From the NCBI RefSeq assembly GCF_001194135.2, contig NC_068986.1, positions 82,201,088 to 82,241,051 on the forward strand: a stretch of 39,964 nucleotides of DNA, in the 5' to 3' direction. The notes beneath the pieces are model-generated. The model was not told where the DNA came from, ran no database searches, and was given only the letters and a program-made list of their open reading frames with translations. Source of the stretch: Octopus bimaculoides. Lineage: Eukaryota. Below, piece after piece: positions 1 through 11,479 of this stretch (the first letter of the stretch is position 1; each line of letters opens with the position of its first letter). Position numbers and translations under genes: made by a program.

Positions 1-31
1 TATTATTTATTTATTTATTTTTTTAATTATT

Positions 32-244
32 AAGGCGGCAAGCTGGCAGAATCGTTAGCGTGCTAGACGAAATGCGTAGCGGTATTTCGCCCGTCGCTAC
101 GTTCTGAGTTCAAATTCCGCCAAGGTCTCCTTTCCTTTTCATTCCTTCGGGATCGATACATTAAATACCAGTTGAACACTGGGGTCGATGTAATCGACAC
201 ATCTCTTCCCTCGAAATGGCTGCCCTTGTAACAAAATTTGAAAC
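32..244 (+). mobile_element. tRNA-derived SINE, family A copy 1
   Basis: Starts aaggcggcaagctggcagaatcgttagc, B-box-like gagttcaaattcc, core tcgatacattaaataccagttgaacactggggtcgatgtaatcgac, ends aaatttgaaac plus (ATT)n. Clearly homologous to 36971-37179 and 37361-37581. Confidence 0.9.
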
Positions 245-766
245 TATTATTATCATTATTACTATACGTTTGGCTTTTGCTTAGTATTAGTACAAGTTGA
301 CTCCAAGTCTCATCCAGAGACCTCAAGAGACAAGTTGGTATTATGACTAGGGTTACACATTTTGGGTTATTCACAGAGAATGTCTGTTCTAGAACGTCTG
401 TCAAAACAAGAAAATTAGAAGTTTGTTTTAAAAGTAATTTGATTATAAGATGATAGTGTGATATTAAGATGACAGTAAATATTGTTTGTTATTATGTACC
501 TGTAAAAGTACTTTTGATAATGTTTACAGATTAAAATATTCGCAGATGAAAGTGTTTAGGAGATTACATAGACAGTATTTTTCGTAGGATATGAGCAGTT
601 CCCATGAGCATTGCTTTTTTTACTTTCCTCCATTTTTGAATTCCTGGTATCTGAACAATCAGCCCTTTTTGTTATCATGCCTAGGGCACCTTTGACAACA
701 GGTATTGCTTTAACCTTGAGGTTCCACATTTTGCCAAAATCTATTTCAAGGTCTTAATACTTACTA
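245..766 (-). mobile_element. 5'-truncated R4/Dong-type (RLE) non-LTR retrotransposon 3' end
   Basis: Minus strand translates SKY*DLEIDFGKMWNLKVKAIPVVKGALGMI, then G(T)AHILRKILSM* after frameshifts. This is homologous to the C-terminus at 38850-39100. Followed by a 3' UTR and a TAA-rich tail at ~245-262. Confidence 0.8.
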
Positions 767-774
767 TTATTATT

Positions 775-2500
775 TTGCTGTTGAAATGAACAACGTTGGC
801 GTGACCTCACTGGTGGATGCTCACAAAGTCTGTAAAATCAATGCAGATTTGGTAAGTGGTCCCTAAGATGCATGTGGATAATGGATGGCTAGGAAAGGTC
901 ATCTGCTTAAGAATTCGGTTTGTTGAATGTCACTGCAAGCAGATCACTGATGTACTGAAGAAAGTGAGTGGGGAGCAAAACCGAACTCCAGGGAACATCA
1001 GAATTGACTGAGAATTGTAGGATCAGACAAGAAGTTACCGATCCAATAGATAAGAGATGGGTGAAACCCGTAGGCCGGAAATTATTAGAGGAGTTTCCCA
1101 TGTCAACCACAGTTTTACGCCTTTGCTGAAATCCAAAGCAACAAAATTGCTTTTATTTTACTTCTGTAAAGCAAGAGCTGACTGGTAAGTGATATAAGAG
1201 AGTAAGTATCCAGTGGGCCTGGCTCTGCAGAAGCCGTACTGTTGGTCACTAAGAGGAGAAAGAGAGAGAGGGGGGGAGAGAAAAATAAAGATGATGGAGA
1301 ACGTCATTGTTAAATGCTATCTTCATTACTTTAGGCTGTTTGTAGTGACGGAATGAGACAATAGTTGACTGGTTCAGAAAGATTCCTCTTCTTTGGAACT
1401 GGAGAAATCGAAGCATCCTTCCAAATATTAGGGCACATCCCCGAAGAGAGAATGCGTATTAAAGAGTTTGGTGAGTATAGCATCAAGTTCTGGGACGATA
1501 GGTTTAAGTTTAATTGAAGGGAAATTGTCAGACTGTGTTTGAGGTAGCCGGGGGTATTTCCGTACTTGGTGTATTTATAAATAGAGAGGAAAGCCTACTG
1601 GAGTGGAGGGAGGTAGATTTGGTGAGGGTTGGTCAAGTTGTGTAATGTGGATTTAGAGTCAAAGCGTGCAAAAAGGTAACATTGCTTAAAGATCATTGTT
1701 TAGAAGTGGAGAAAAGAGGTCTCCGCAAAGTTACTGAAGAATCTTTTTCCAAGGGGCCAAAAGGATCGGCTGCAGTTTGGGAGGTGGGAAAGCTTGACGG
1801 CCGTGCCGTGCGCGAAAGTATCCATTACTCACTAGATACTGGTCTAACAGGAGTTGCGCTACTGGGTGGATGCTCCCACCCGATCTGGAGAGCAGACGAG
1901 TGTGGCTAGGCGGTGCAGACTTTGGATTTTGCTCGAACTCCTGCAGCACAGCTACCGATAAACCACCACTTGTAGTAAGAGACAGTAAGAGGATTGAAAC
2001 TAAATGTGAGGAAGCATAGAGGAATAATGAGGGGAAGAGAGAATGTGTTGTGGATGCTGGGACACAGATGACAAGATATCCGGATGCCATTCTACTGATA
2101 GAGGAACATGATTAAAAGTTAGTGTTTCGAATTTCTTTCTGAGCAAACAAGACAAGGTGTTCTATCTTCTATGCAGAAATTTTCGGATAAAGTCAATATT
2201 TTATTCTTTTCAATGGCGTACAAATTATAATTTTTATCATTCTCATTACACTGACATCATTTCGCGGATATACCTTACCTTATTGGAGGTCCATATATTC
2301 CTTTTAGCTCCTAGATATATTTTGACAACAAAGTACCTTAGCGGGGATGTAAATGTAAGAATATAACCAATGGTCCTCTCTATAATAAGTGCCTTGAGAG
2401 AGAGCAAGTGTGTAGAGCAGATAGTTCAGGTGAAAGTGGCAGGGAAAGAACTTATACTGTTCTTTCATAATTCGATTTAGACAACACATATATTCTTACA
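775..2500 (-). mobile_element. Decayed CR1/L2-group LINE ORF2 (APE remnant plus reverse transcriptase)
   Basis: Minus-strand motifs across frameshifts: SFWPLGKRFFSNF; LSSGMCPNIWKDASISPVPKKRNLSEPVNY; QYGFCRARPTGYLLSYI; VALDFSKG; SVNSDVPWSSVLLPTHFLQYISDLL; NS*ADD (YADD mutated, 898-909); Q*GHANVVHFNSK. The endonuclease-like part (2130-2500) is weaker. Confidence 0.85.
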
Positions 2501-2645
2501 AGAGCAAGACTAAATGAAATTCTACCTCATTACCAATACGCAGTGGTTACTTTTGCCTTACATCCTTTCGTATTCGATAAATTAAGTACCATTCAAGTAC
2601 TAAGATTGATTCTTACCCTCTTTCTCTGTACCCCCTCCTCCACAC

Positions 2646-2716
2646 ACACATATATATATATACACATACACACATTATCTCTCTATCCCTCTCTCTCTCT
2701 CACACTCTCCCTCTCT
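2646..2716. repeat. Compound (CA)/(TA)/(CT) microsatellite
   Basis: Directly visible dinucleotide runs. Confidence 0.85.
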
Positions 2717-3339
2717 TTTGCTGTGATCTGAGAAGGGTCGTTAAGGTGGTCAGAATTTCATTTTCTTCCAGATACAGTGAAAGGTTGAGAGAGGGAAAAG
2801 CAACAACTTCTCATAGAGAACAACTGATGTTGTTTCTGAAACGGTCCAAGAACTGATTGATATATAACTATAGTAGGAACGGACTGAAGCATAGAGAAGA
2901 TATACACCGTATAGTAAACAGTTTCATATACGATTTCCAGAAGGACAATACCAAAATACGTGAAATATGCTTCACAGACCCTATTAATGATATTCAAATA
3001 GGCATGAACGCCACAATATGCATTTTCCCGTCTAGTGAACTCGAAAGATGGAAGACGACAAGTTAATAGATATATCTTGTTACAATGGATCGATGATCTT
3101 AGCTTTTATTCAATACATTCTAACAAGTGGCAAGGACCTTGGTGAAATATTACAACATTTTCTATGAGATCAAGATACAAGATTTCCAAAAAAGGGGAAG
3201 GAGCTAGAAACATCCATAAGTTAGTAAGTATTATTGTCTTTGTTTCTCAGAGAAATTCTTATTTTGAAGAACTTGAAAATACACTTGTTCTCTAATTACA
3301 GGCATTTATACATGCGTACAATGAAATATGTCGTTATAC

Positions 3340-3933
3340 CGACATAACTCCCGCACACATATTCACTCTCATACACACAAATACACACAAATATTCACTC
3401 TCATATGTTACATACATACGTACATACATACATACGTACATACATACATACGTACTTACACACATATATGTATACAGACACAGACACTGACACACACTCA
3501 CACGCGTATACATATATATTCATANNNNNNNNNNNNNNNNNNNNNNNNNNNNNNNNNNNNNNNNNNNNNNNNNNNNNNNNNNNNNNNNNNNNNNNNNNNN
3601 NNNNTATATATATATATATATATATATTCATATATATATATATTCATTTATATATTCATATATATACATACGTACATACATGCACACACACACATATATA
3701 TATAAATATGCGCGCGTGTGTGTGTATGTACATCTATCTGTTATTTATATGTGTGAGTGTACGTACACACATATATACATACATTTAGGCGCGTACACGC
3801 GTACACACACGCACACACATACACACATACACACACAAGCACACACATACACTCACACACACACACACAAACACACACTGACACATATACACACACACAT
3901 ACATACATACATACATACATACATACATACACG
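3340..3933. repeat. Compound (CA)/(TACA)/(TA) microsatellite field containing the gap at 3525-3604
   Basis: Directly visible; source of the H/T/Y/I-rich pseudo-ORFs. Confidence 0.95.
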
Positions 3934-4740
3934 CATGGTCAGAAGTAAATTTCTCCGTTTTATTGCAACTGACCAGTAGTATATAAAATCAATGCCTTCA
4001 GCGTTAAACATAACCAACTTCTGACCTGGCCACCATTAATCATCAAATATGCTATCAGTAACTTTCCGGTTGTTGTCCAGAATGGAGTGATGGTATTAGG
4101 GTACGTTTGTGATGCAACTCGACCAGTTATGTAAGCGGTATCCGGTTAAAATTGGTCAGCATAAACAATGTACGTTTACAGGTTCCATTTTATTGTTGTG
4201 GCAGCGGTATATTAATGTAGATGCTATCTAATGTAGAGTATCGTCTGCTTTTGATAATTCATCAAAGGAGATGAAATTGTTCAATAGGACAGATGGAGTG
4301 GCGGGGAGAGGGAGCGAGATAATGATAGAAGAGATACTGAAGTAGAGTGATTGTATGTGTGTATGATTTGGTAGAGAAGGAGAGAAGGAGAAAGAAAAAG
4401 AAAGAAAGAACTTTGAGAGCCGGAAAGAGAGAGTGAGTGAGGAAAAGGGAAACATGTTGCGATTGAATGATGAATTAAGTTATTGAGTAAAACAGATAGA
4501 ATGAAGAACGAAAAGAACGAAAGTGAAAATAAGAGAGGAACAGGGAGAATATATGAAGGAGGTTGAAGTCGTGGCGCTGGTGAAAAGAAATGGAAAATTT
4601 TAAAGAGAAAGAATGATGTGAAAAGTTAATAAAATAAAGTGGTGATGGTGATGGAAGATGGTCGGAAGATTTCGTGAATCAGTGTTTGACATATCTCAGT
4701 TGTTTGTGTATCAATGTATGCGTGTTTATGTCGTTACTGT

Positions 4741-4815
4741 TTAGCCCCAGGCTTGCTTTAAACAAATAGTTTTAAGATCAAAGGACATTCAAACCATGAC
4801 CATCTCGTCTATTTT
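4741..4815 (+). repeat. Short interspersed repeat, family D copy 1
   Basis: Shares tagc.ccagg ... gatcaaagg ... tgaccatc with the same spacing as 38524-38595. Confidence 0.55.
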
Positions 4816-5791
4816 CTTTCAAAGGAATAGTGTTTCTAGGCTTACACCATATGTGTCTTTTAGAAAAAAAGTAATTAGGATTTGGTTTGAAGGCAATTCA
4901 GCTACTATTTCCATCAGGCCGACAGACCACGCAGAAGCATCCTTTTTGAATAATGTGCGTTTGTATGTGTGCAAGTGATGCGATATACAAGCATTGAACA
5001 ATAACTGAGAATGTAAAGAAGTCACTGAATAACTGGTGACACGGAATAAATAACAGAGGACGAAAGAAAAGAAGGAGAGAAGAAAAGAAAAAAGGAGGAG
5101 AGGAGAAAAGAAAAAAAGGATAGAAGAGAATACGAAAGAAGGAAGAGAAAACGATAGAAATACGAAGAAAAAGCAATGAACGAAACAAAATGACTGAACA
5201 AGGAAGCTGAGAATTAGATGGGAATAAAGCCCAATAGCAGATTTGATATTTATGCCCAGTAAATTGTCTCTCAGACATTTTTCAATTCAATAATTTCCAG
5301 TGAATTATTGAAGTTTACCAGTGAATAAATCTGGAATTTCCATTGGAATTGCTCGTCAGTGAAATTATTTTCTCAACCCTGAACTTTGACATTGTCTTAT
5401 TGTTGTTCAGCTGTTCTTTTCTGTCGGCTGTTTTAAACGATGCGAAATAATGTTGACCAGTTGACCACACGTCATATGATTCACTAAGAAAATGTTAAAC
5501 GTTCATGAACACATGAGTGTATGTGCTTCAATACATGTGTGGATGAGTATGAATACATTTGTGTGCGTATGTGTTTGTGTATTTTTATCATTTTTTTAAT
5601 TCATTATTTTGTCGGAGGACAACAGACTGCAGCCATGACCTGACATTTTCAGGATTTCCCTGGCTGGTAACACCAAGGTCATTGATGTTCTTCTAAATTT
5701 CTGTTGCTTGATAGCTGTAGAAAAAATGTATGCAGGGACGTAATTCTGTGCATATGTCTGCTCATACACTCACAACCACACATGCATAAAT

Positions 5792-5792
<1 letters not shown>

Positions 5793-5852
<60 letters not shown>
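5793..5852. repeat. (CA)n microsatellite
   Basis: About 30 perfect CA units. Confidence 0.97.
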
Positions 5853-5854
<2 letters not shown>

Positions 5855-5939
5855 GGCACATGCATACAGTTTGTGTAATGAATGTATTATGAAAATATAA
5901 AATGGATGAAATTATTTCAGTTTTCTCCAGACATTTCTC

Positions 5940-8250
5940 TTCACTACGTCTTTCGTATTTACTTTGTGATAGGTCAATAATTTTCCGATTGTTTTTAGCT
6001 TTTGTATTCGAACATACAGACACTAATGACAAACCGACAAAGGAACCTCTGCATGGTAAGCGTTAAAACAGGTCAGTTGATTTGTGTAGTTCATTATAAT
6101 TGGCTGATTAAATCTCCAAAAGATATATGGTGCTGGGATGTTATTTTTAATATCTACTAAGCTATATTAACGATTTTGTAATCAAGTAATTCTAAATATG
6201 CAGGCATAAAGGTTAGCATTGAAGCTGACGGAAACATTAAAGGTTTTTGAGGAATTTGATTTTAATCAGATACACGAGAGCGTGTTGGGCTGATGAAAAA
6301 TGATCTAAAACGCGAAATGTTTATTCAGCTTCTAAGTGAACAAATTTGGAGTGTAGAATGAGTGAAAACATTGAAATCAATGAATACTAGACGTCAGGAG
6401 CATAGGGTTATTATAATTTATGTTCAGTTTCATATATTAGAGAAATAAAATATTTTCAGAATACTTTCTCAATATATCAGATGAAGAATAAAGCAATGTA
6501 ATATAAGAAGTATAAAGATAATTGCTGCTATAGGAACAGATCAATATCATATGATCTTACAAACAAATGAGTAAATTTACTAAAAAATACAAAAAAAAAA
6601 AAATAGAATAGAATTTTTGCTATGAACAACTTGGCATCTAATTTCTTTAACTTGAAGAATTTTTCAACTCTAAAATGTTAATTTCGTTTTCCTCAATGAA
6701 TCTACCGTTTCTCATTGAAGTAGAACTGATAGTAGAGTTTATCCTTGTCTACTTTCGATCCTCAATACAAGATTGAAAAGTTTACTCATTATTTCTCATA
6801 TGAGAATACTTTCCTTCAAAACGACAAGATTTTCTTCACATACTGGGCATAGAATCTTTTAGCTTCTATTTTTCAATTAAAGCAAAATAGAAATGGGTTT
6901 ATGTTACGTGTATTTTTAAATAAAATATTTATGTCAAGACGGATTACTTGACACAGTAACCTGCATCATTTTTTAAACTGTCTAGAATTACGTTGGCAGC
7001 AATATTCTACTTCAAGTGGACATAACTGAGATGTGTCTCATATTAAACAAATCAGTATAACTATTAGACAATGCAGCAGAAACGAGATAGCACTGCTAAG
7101 TAGTAGCAAAATGTGTACGAATTTCAAAAGAAAATATTAACGCTTCTTGACAGTTCTGCGACTAGATTCAGTGAATCTGAAAAAAATATGGAATTTTATC
7201 TGCAAACTCATTCAGCTCTTTAATTCATGCTCGCAAACTATTCTATTTGCCACTCATGTTTCTGGTATTGTCATATTTTTTGCCGCAGCAGTATTTTGCA
7301 TTAATACCATTTAAAGGTTAAAAGCCAAGGAAACATGGAGTAAGCTGTTCATGACTGTAACCTTTTATAACCCAAAATTTAACAAGTCTTCCAGTTGTAA
7401 AACAAAGCTCCAACGGCAAATCACAAATTCAAGTCGACACTAGAAATCCAATGAAAGAAAATATACTTATATCTCTTCATAGATTTCGTGGTCCAGTATG
7501 CTGGATCCAATCAGATTTATGAATTTCTTACAAGTTGTTTTAGAAAGGTATGATTCATGCCCCCTATACTTTTGTTAGCCATCAGTATCCATGCTTCACT
7601 AATAAAATGATTAAATTAATCTAAAATTCCAAACACCTTAATTAATTTCCCATTAGGATGAAAACTAACAGTTTCATCACACGTACGAACTGAAAGAAAT
7701 CGTTCTGCTAAAAAGTTTACAGCTTCAAATATTCTCTCTAGAAATGCAAAACAGTCGGGATATATTTCACAAGCGGGAAATCGGCATTTTCACATTTGAC
7801 TTTGCGCATTAACACTGAAATGAAAGTTTAACGATGCGGAGTACTTTCTTCATGCGGACCTAAAAAATTGCTAGTATTTTCCAGTTATTAAACCCATTCT
7901 CCATTAAACTTTGAAAAAATAACCGGAATTCATAACCTTGTATAGAAAGTTGGGGTATTAATAAAGGTCTGTACATGCTTCACCTAGATATAATTTATTG
8001 GATTATGATAATTTATGATTCCAACTCTATATTTAAAGGACCAATGTAAATAGATCAGCTAATGGCGATGATATTAGTATCCATTAGCTTGTTAAAGATA
8101 TTTCCCACCATAGAGCAGTGTTATGATAATTTTATGGGTTAAGAGCATAGTTAAATGACCAACGTATGTAAATCAGCTTGTACAAGGTGGAGGGCAATAG
8201 AAAGGAATGCAAGGGCGCCATTATTTATTATTATTTTGATCAAAGCATGA
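5940..8250 (-). mobile_element. Decayed hAT transposase (Tip100/ZMYM1-like, TTF zinc finger to C-terminal dimerisation domain)
   Basis: Minus-strand motifs in the expected order despite many stops and frameshifts: WILISS; NGFNNWK..GPHEESTPHR (TTF finger); LERIFEAVNFLAER; CGKKYDNTRNMSGK*NSLRA*IKELNEFA (cf. CRGQSYDNA.NMSG); SLNLVA; YKIVNIA**IL; VGLSLVSV..KIIDLSQSKYERR. TIRs not identified. Confidence 0.8.
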
Positions 8251-9489
8251 TATTTACCTGCTAGCTCACGTCTTAAAAGTCTAACCCTAGGTGATGTTGG
8301 TTTAGACATTTTAACTTATGTTAGTATTGCCTCCTTCACCATGGTTTCCGTCCCTATGAAAGCCCAAATAAAACCCCCATTCCTTAAAGATCTAGAAACG
8401 TATAACATATTTAAACGGGCAATATGAGATAGATTGGCATTTATTAACGAACTTCTGGCAGTCACATCTTGACGAACCAGAAACTTACAATCTTTCTCTA
8501 ACAATCAACTCTCTTTTGTATCTTAACTTTGATAACCTTTATTGCAAGGCTTCAAGCCAAAACTTACCCTCTTTTCATAGGCAAACACTTTCTCTATACA
8601 TGTTGATTTCGTTTCAAACCTACCCTACCCACCAGAAATTAAATATTCAACTGTTATATTAATATGTAGCATTGTTATTTAAGTATATTCAGTGCACAAG
8701 TTAAACATTATCCTCTGATACGCAACCTTAATATAATGTGATTATATTTTTGTGGTCTTACGTTGAATATGTGACTATATTAATTGAAACTTGTTATTTG
8801 TGATAAAATTCTGATTAACATCATAAAGTAGAACCTGTACATAATGAAATGTTTGTTATCTGTTAAAAACCCCTGATTTGATTTAATGGGGTTGATTAGC
8901 TTTAGAGTGCCAACCGTATATTAGTAATTTTTATACAATAGATAATATATTATTAATTATATATTATAGACACCGTAATAATCTAATTCGTTTAACTGAT
9001 CTTATTTAGGAGGAAAATAACAATTAAACTCAATTATTATGTGAGGAGATTAATGCGTCGAAATAGAGAAATAGAATGGCAAGTCTATTAATTAGCATCC
9101 AACAAAAATGTAGTGAGCCTTCCCATTTACATATTGCTATTCAATTTGATTATTGTAATTTGTCTAATTAAAGTGTATTGGATCTCAAAAACATTTCCCA
9201 GTATTCGATCAACCATAAACACCCAGACGTTTATTAGAATGAAAGGCATCACCGAATCGGAATTAATAGCTCGCATTTAGCGTAGCACACTTCAAAATGC
9301 AGAGTCCGTATCATATTCTTCTCTTGCTACAAGGTTAATCCCTCCTGGATAGAACTAACGCTGTTGTGTACTTCCTCCATGATATACCGCATACATGTTT
9401 CCAGTCGTACACAGCATATAGCACACACACGCACACCACATTCACACATAGAAACGTACAGACTTCATTTAAGCCTACGTGTAACTTAT

Positions 9490-9882
9490 TGTATCTTTCA
9501 TCTTTTACTTGTTTCAGTCAATAGACTGCGGCCATGGTGGGGCACGGCCTTCAAGAATTTATAGTCGAATGTATCGACCCCAATACTTTGAAGCCTGGTA
9601 CTCATTCTATCGATCTCTATTGCCGAACTACTAGGTTACAGGGACATAAACAGACCAACACCAGTTGTCAAGCGGTGGTGCGGGGTACAACAACAGACAT
9701 AGATAGTTAGATACATACTTTATATATATATATATATACACGACGAGCTTCTTTCAGTTTCCGTCCACCAAATCTACTCACAAGGCTTTGGTTGGCCTGA
9801 GGCTATAGTAGAAGACTTACCCATGGTGCCATACGGTGGGGACTGAACCTAGAACCATGTGGTTGGAAAGCAAGCTTCTTTA
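9490..9882 (-). mobile_element. Composite tRNA-derived SINE (family B) with internal (TA)n
   Basis: Minus-strand head with B-box-like ggttcagtcc and CORE-like caccatgggtaag, internal TA tract at ~9719-9739, and a 3' part sharing the core gatagaatgagtacc..tggggtcgat..tcgact with family A. Ends in (AAAGAT)-like repeats. Confidence 0.85.
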
Positions 9883-10174
9883 TTTCATTAAATTGGCTAT
9901 AATGGGCTTACATAGAGAAAGAAGGAAATTGCGGGCTGGACACAGACATGTTATATGAGATGAAAAGTGAAAATGATGATTAATGGGGAAAACAAACAAC
10001 GCCTGCCGATTGTTGTTTCCCAAAAACATTGTTCTCTTATCTATCATACACGAGGCAATAGACTTCTTACAATTGTTCATAATTGTTCATTAAAACACAG
10101 AAATGAGGCACTACGCCTCGTACCTTGGTTAAAAACGGAATGAGGTTTCAAACCTCATTATCATTTTCAACCTC

Positions 10175-11479
10175 TTACTCATACTCCTCTTCAGTATCGC
10201 TTGTGACCCCGTACCCCGCCATTTCCTACGCCTCACTCAAGCACAAAGCGGGTGACATGTCGGGATATTCCTCATTGAGCTTCTTCAGCCTTTGCAACAC
10301 GGGCAACGTTATGGACTCCACAGCTATCTGCGGAGGCCATTCAGGATCCCGTGTGCAGGTCATAATTGCTCCCGCGTGGTGCTTCTCCAACACCACCTCA
10401 CCGCCCCTGTAGAAGAATACAAGTGATTCTTCCTCCTCAGACGACGGGGTAGTCATTTCCACCGTCGGTGGCACAATTCCCACCGACGAAGTTCCCGGGC
10501 ATTGCAGTATTGTGTTACCAACTGCCGGCAATGTCCAGTTTCTCTTTCTCTTCCTCTTTTTTTCCTCTTAACTGAGGAAGGGTGACCGGGTGATCCGCCT
10601 CCCCTTCCTCATCCCTAGGATCCCTCGGTGAGCACCCATTGATGCTCACCTTCTTCTTCTTGCAGCCCTTCTTTGAGGAGTCCTCCGCCTCCTCTACCGC
10701 CTCCGTTCCTTCTTCTACAGAGGTCTCAACCAACTGCTCCAGGTTTTGATCCTGTTAAAGATATTGTTAAAGATATTTCCCACCATAGAGCAGTGTTATA
10801 ATAATTTTATAGGTTAAGAGCATAGTTAAATGACCAACGTATGTAAATCAGCTTGTACAAGGTGTTTTGATCCTGGTGGCAGTTCTTTTTCATATGGCCA
10901 CATTCCAAACAACGGTGACATTTGGGAGAGCGACCCTCAAGAATCACCGAGTACCTGCTCCCAGCCATAGTTAAACAGTCTGGAAAGACTAACTCCTTTG
11001 CTGATTGGGTCCAAAGGGTCAAAATAACTTTTCACCCGACCTAATCAGCCACTTGTAATAATTCAACATTAAGGAGCTTGGTGCCGCTGCCACCCAAACC
11101 CCGGCGGATAGTGTCCTCTATCCAGCCTGGTTTTTAAATTCGGTGGCGACCAGAAAACCCAAGCCTGCGTCAGTTTCCTCCCACAATACGTGGGAAGAAA
11201 CAAAATTTTATTGCCCTCCAGGGGCTGGCTCGCAAAAATGCGAGCCTCCTCCGGTGTGTCAAATAGCAACCAAATCGTTGCATATCCGATGCCTCCGGCA
11301 ATAAACTTCATAGTTGGTAGATAGTCCTTCAACTCTTCTTCTATAACTTCTTTGGAGAACAAGGCGATGGCGTCGAGAACCTTCGAATATGTTTTCAACA
11401 CGACCGTCTTCTCCTCTTGCTGTTTAATCCACTCTTTGGGTGGGATAATCTCCCACTCCATGACATTCTTTCCGGCCAT
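10175..11479 (-). pseudogene. Retroelement ORF1/Gag-like protein with one CCHC zinc knuckle (probably L1/Tx1-type), disrupted
   Basis: GC-rich island relative to its flanks. ORF pieces 11069-11488, 10807-11022, 10515-10733 and 10226-10531 join through frameshifts/stops and removal of the 10755-10875 insert. CX2CX4HX4C = CHRCLECGHMKKNC, followed by an acidic/basic low-complexity tail. Roughly 390 codons reconstructed; 5' flank runs into a gap. Confidence 0.75.
10755..10863. other. Templated insertion copied from 8090-8189, flanked by a 12-bp duplication (gttttgatcctg at 10743-10754 and 10864-10875)
   Basis: 10765-10864 matches 8090-8189 with two substitutions. The first 12 bp (tgttaaagatat) is repeated at 10753-10776. 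Confidence 0.9.

Noticed and set aside
2770-2860. Possible exon after ttttcttccag (YSERLREGKATTSHREQLMLFLKRSKN*)
   Set aside because: Acceptor-like site only; no convincing donor, and the peptide is unrecognisable.
3937-4027. 10-bp inverted repeat ggtcagaagt / acttctgacc
   Set aside because: Too short, with no TSD and no second copy in the window; cannot support a MITE call.
6020-6055. 36-nt candidate exon (CAG|ACACTAAT...GCATG|GTAAGC)
   Set aside because: Good splice signals, but it lies antisense within the hAT C-terminal coding remnant and has no partner exons. Chance is the simpler explanation unless RNA-seq shows exonisation.
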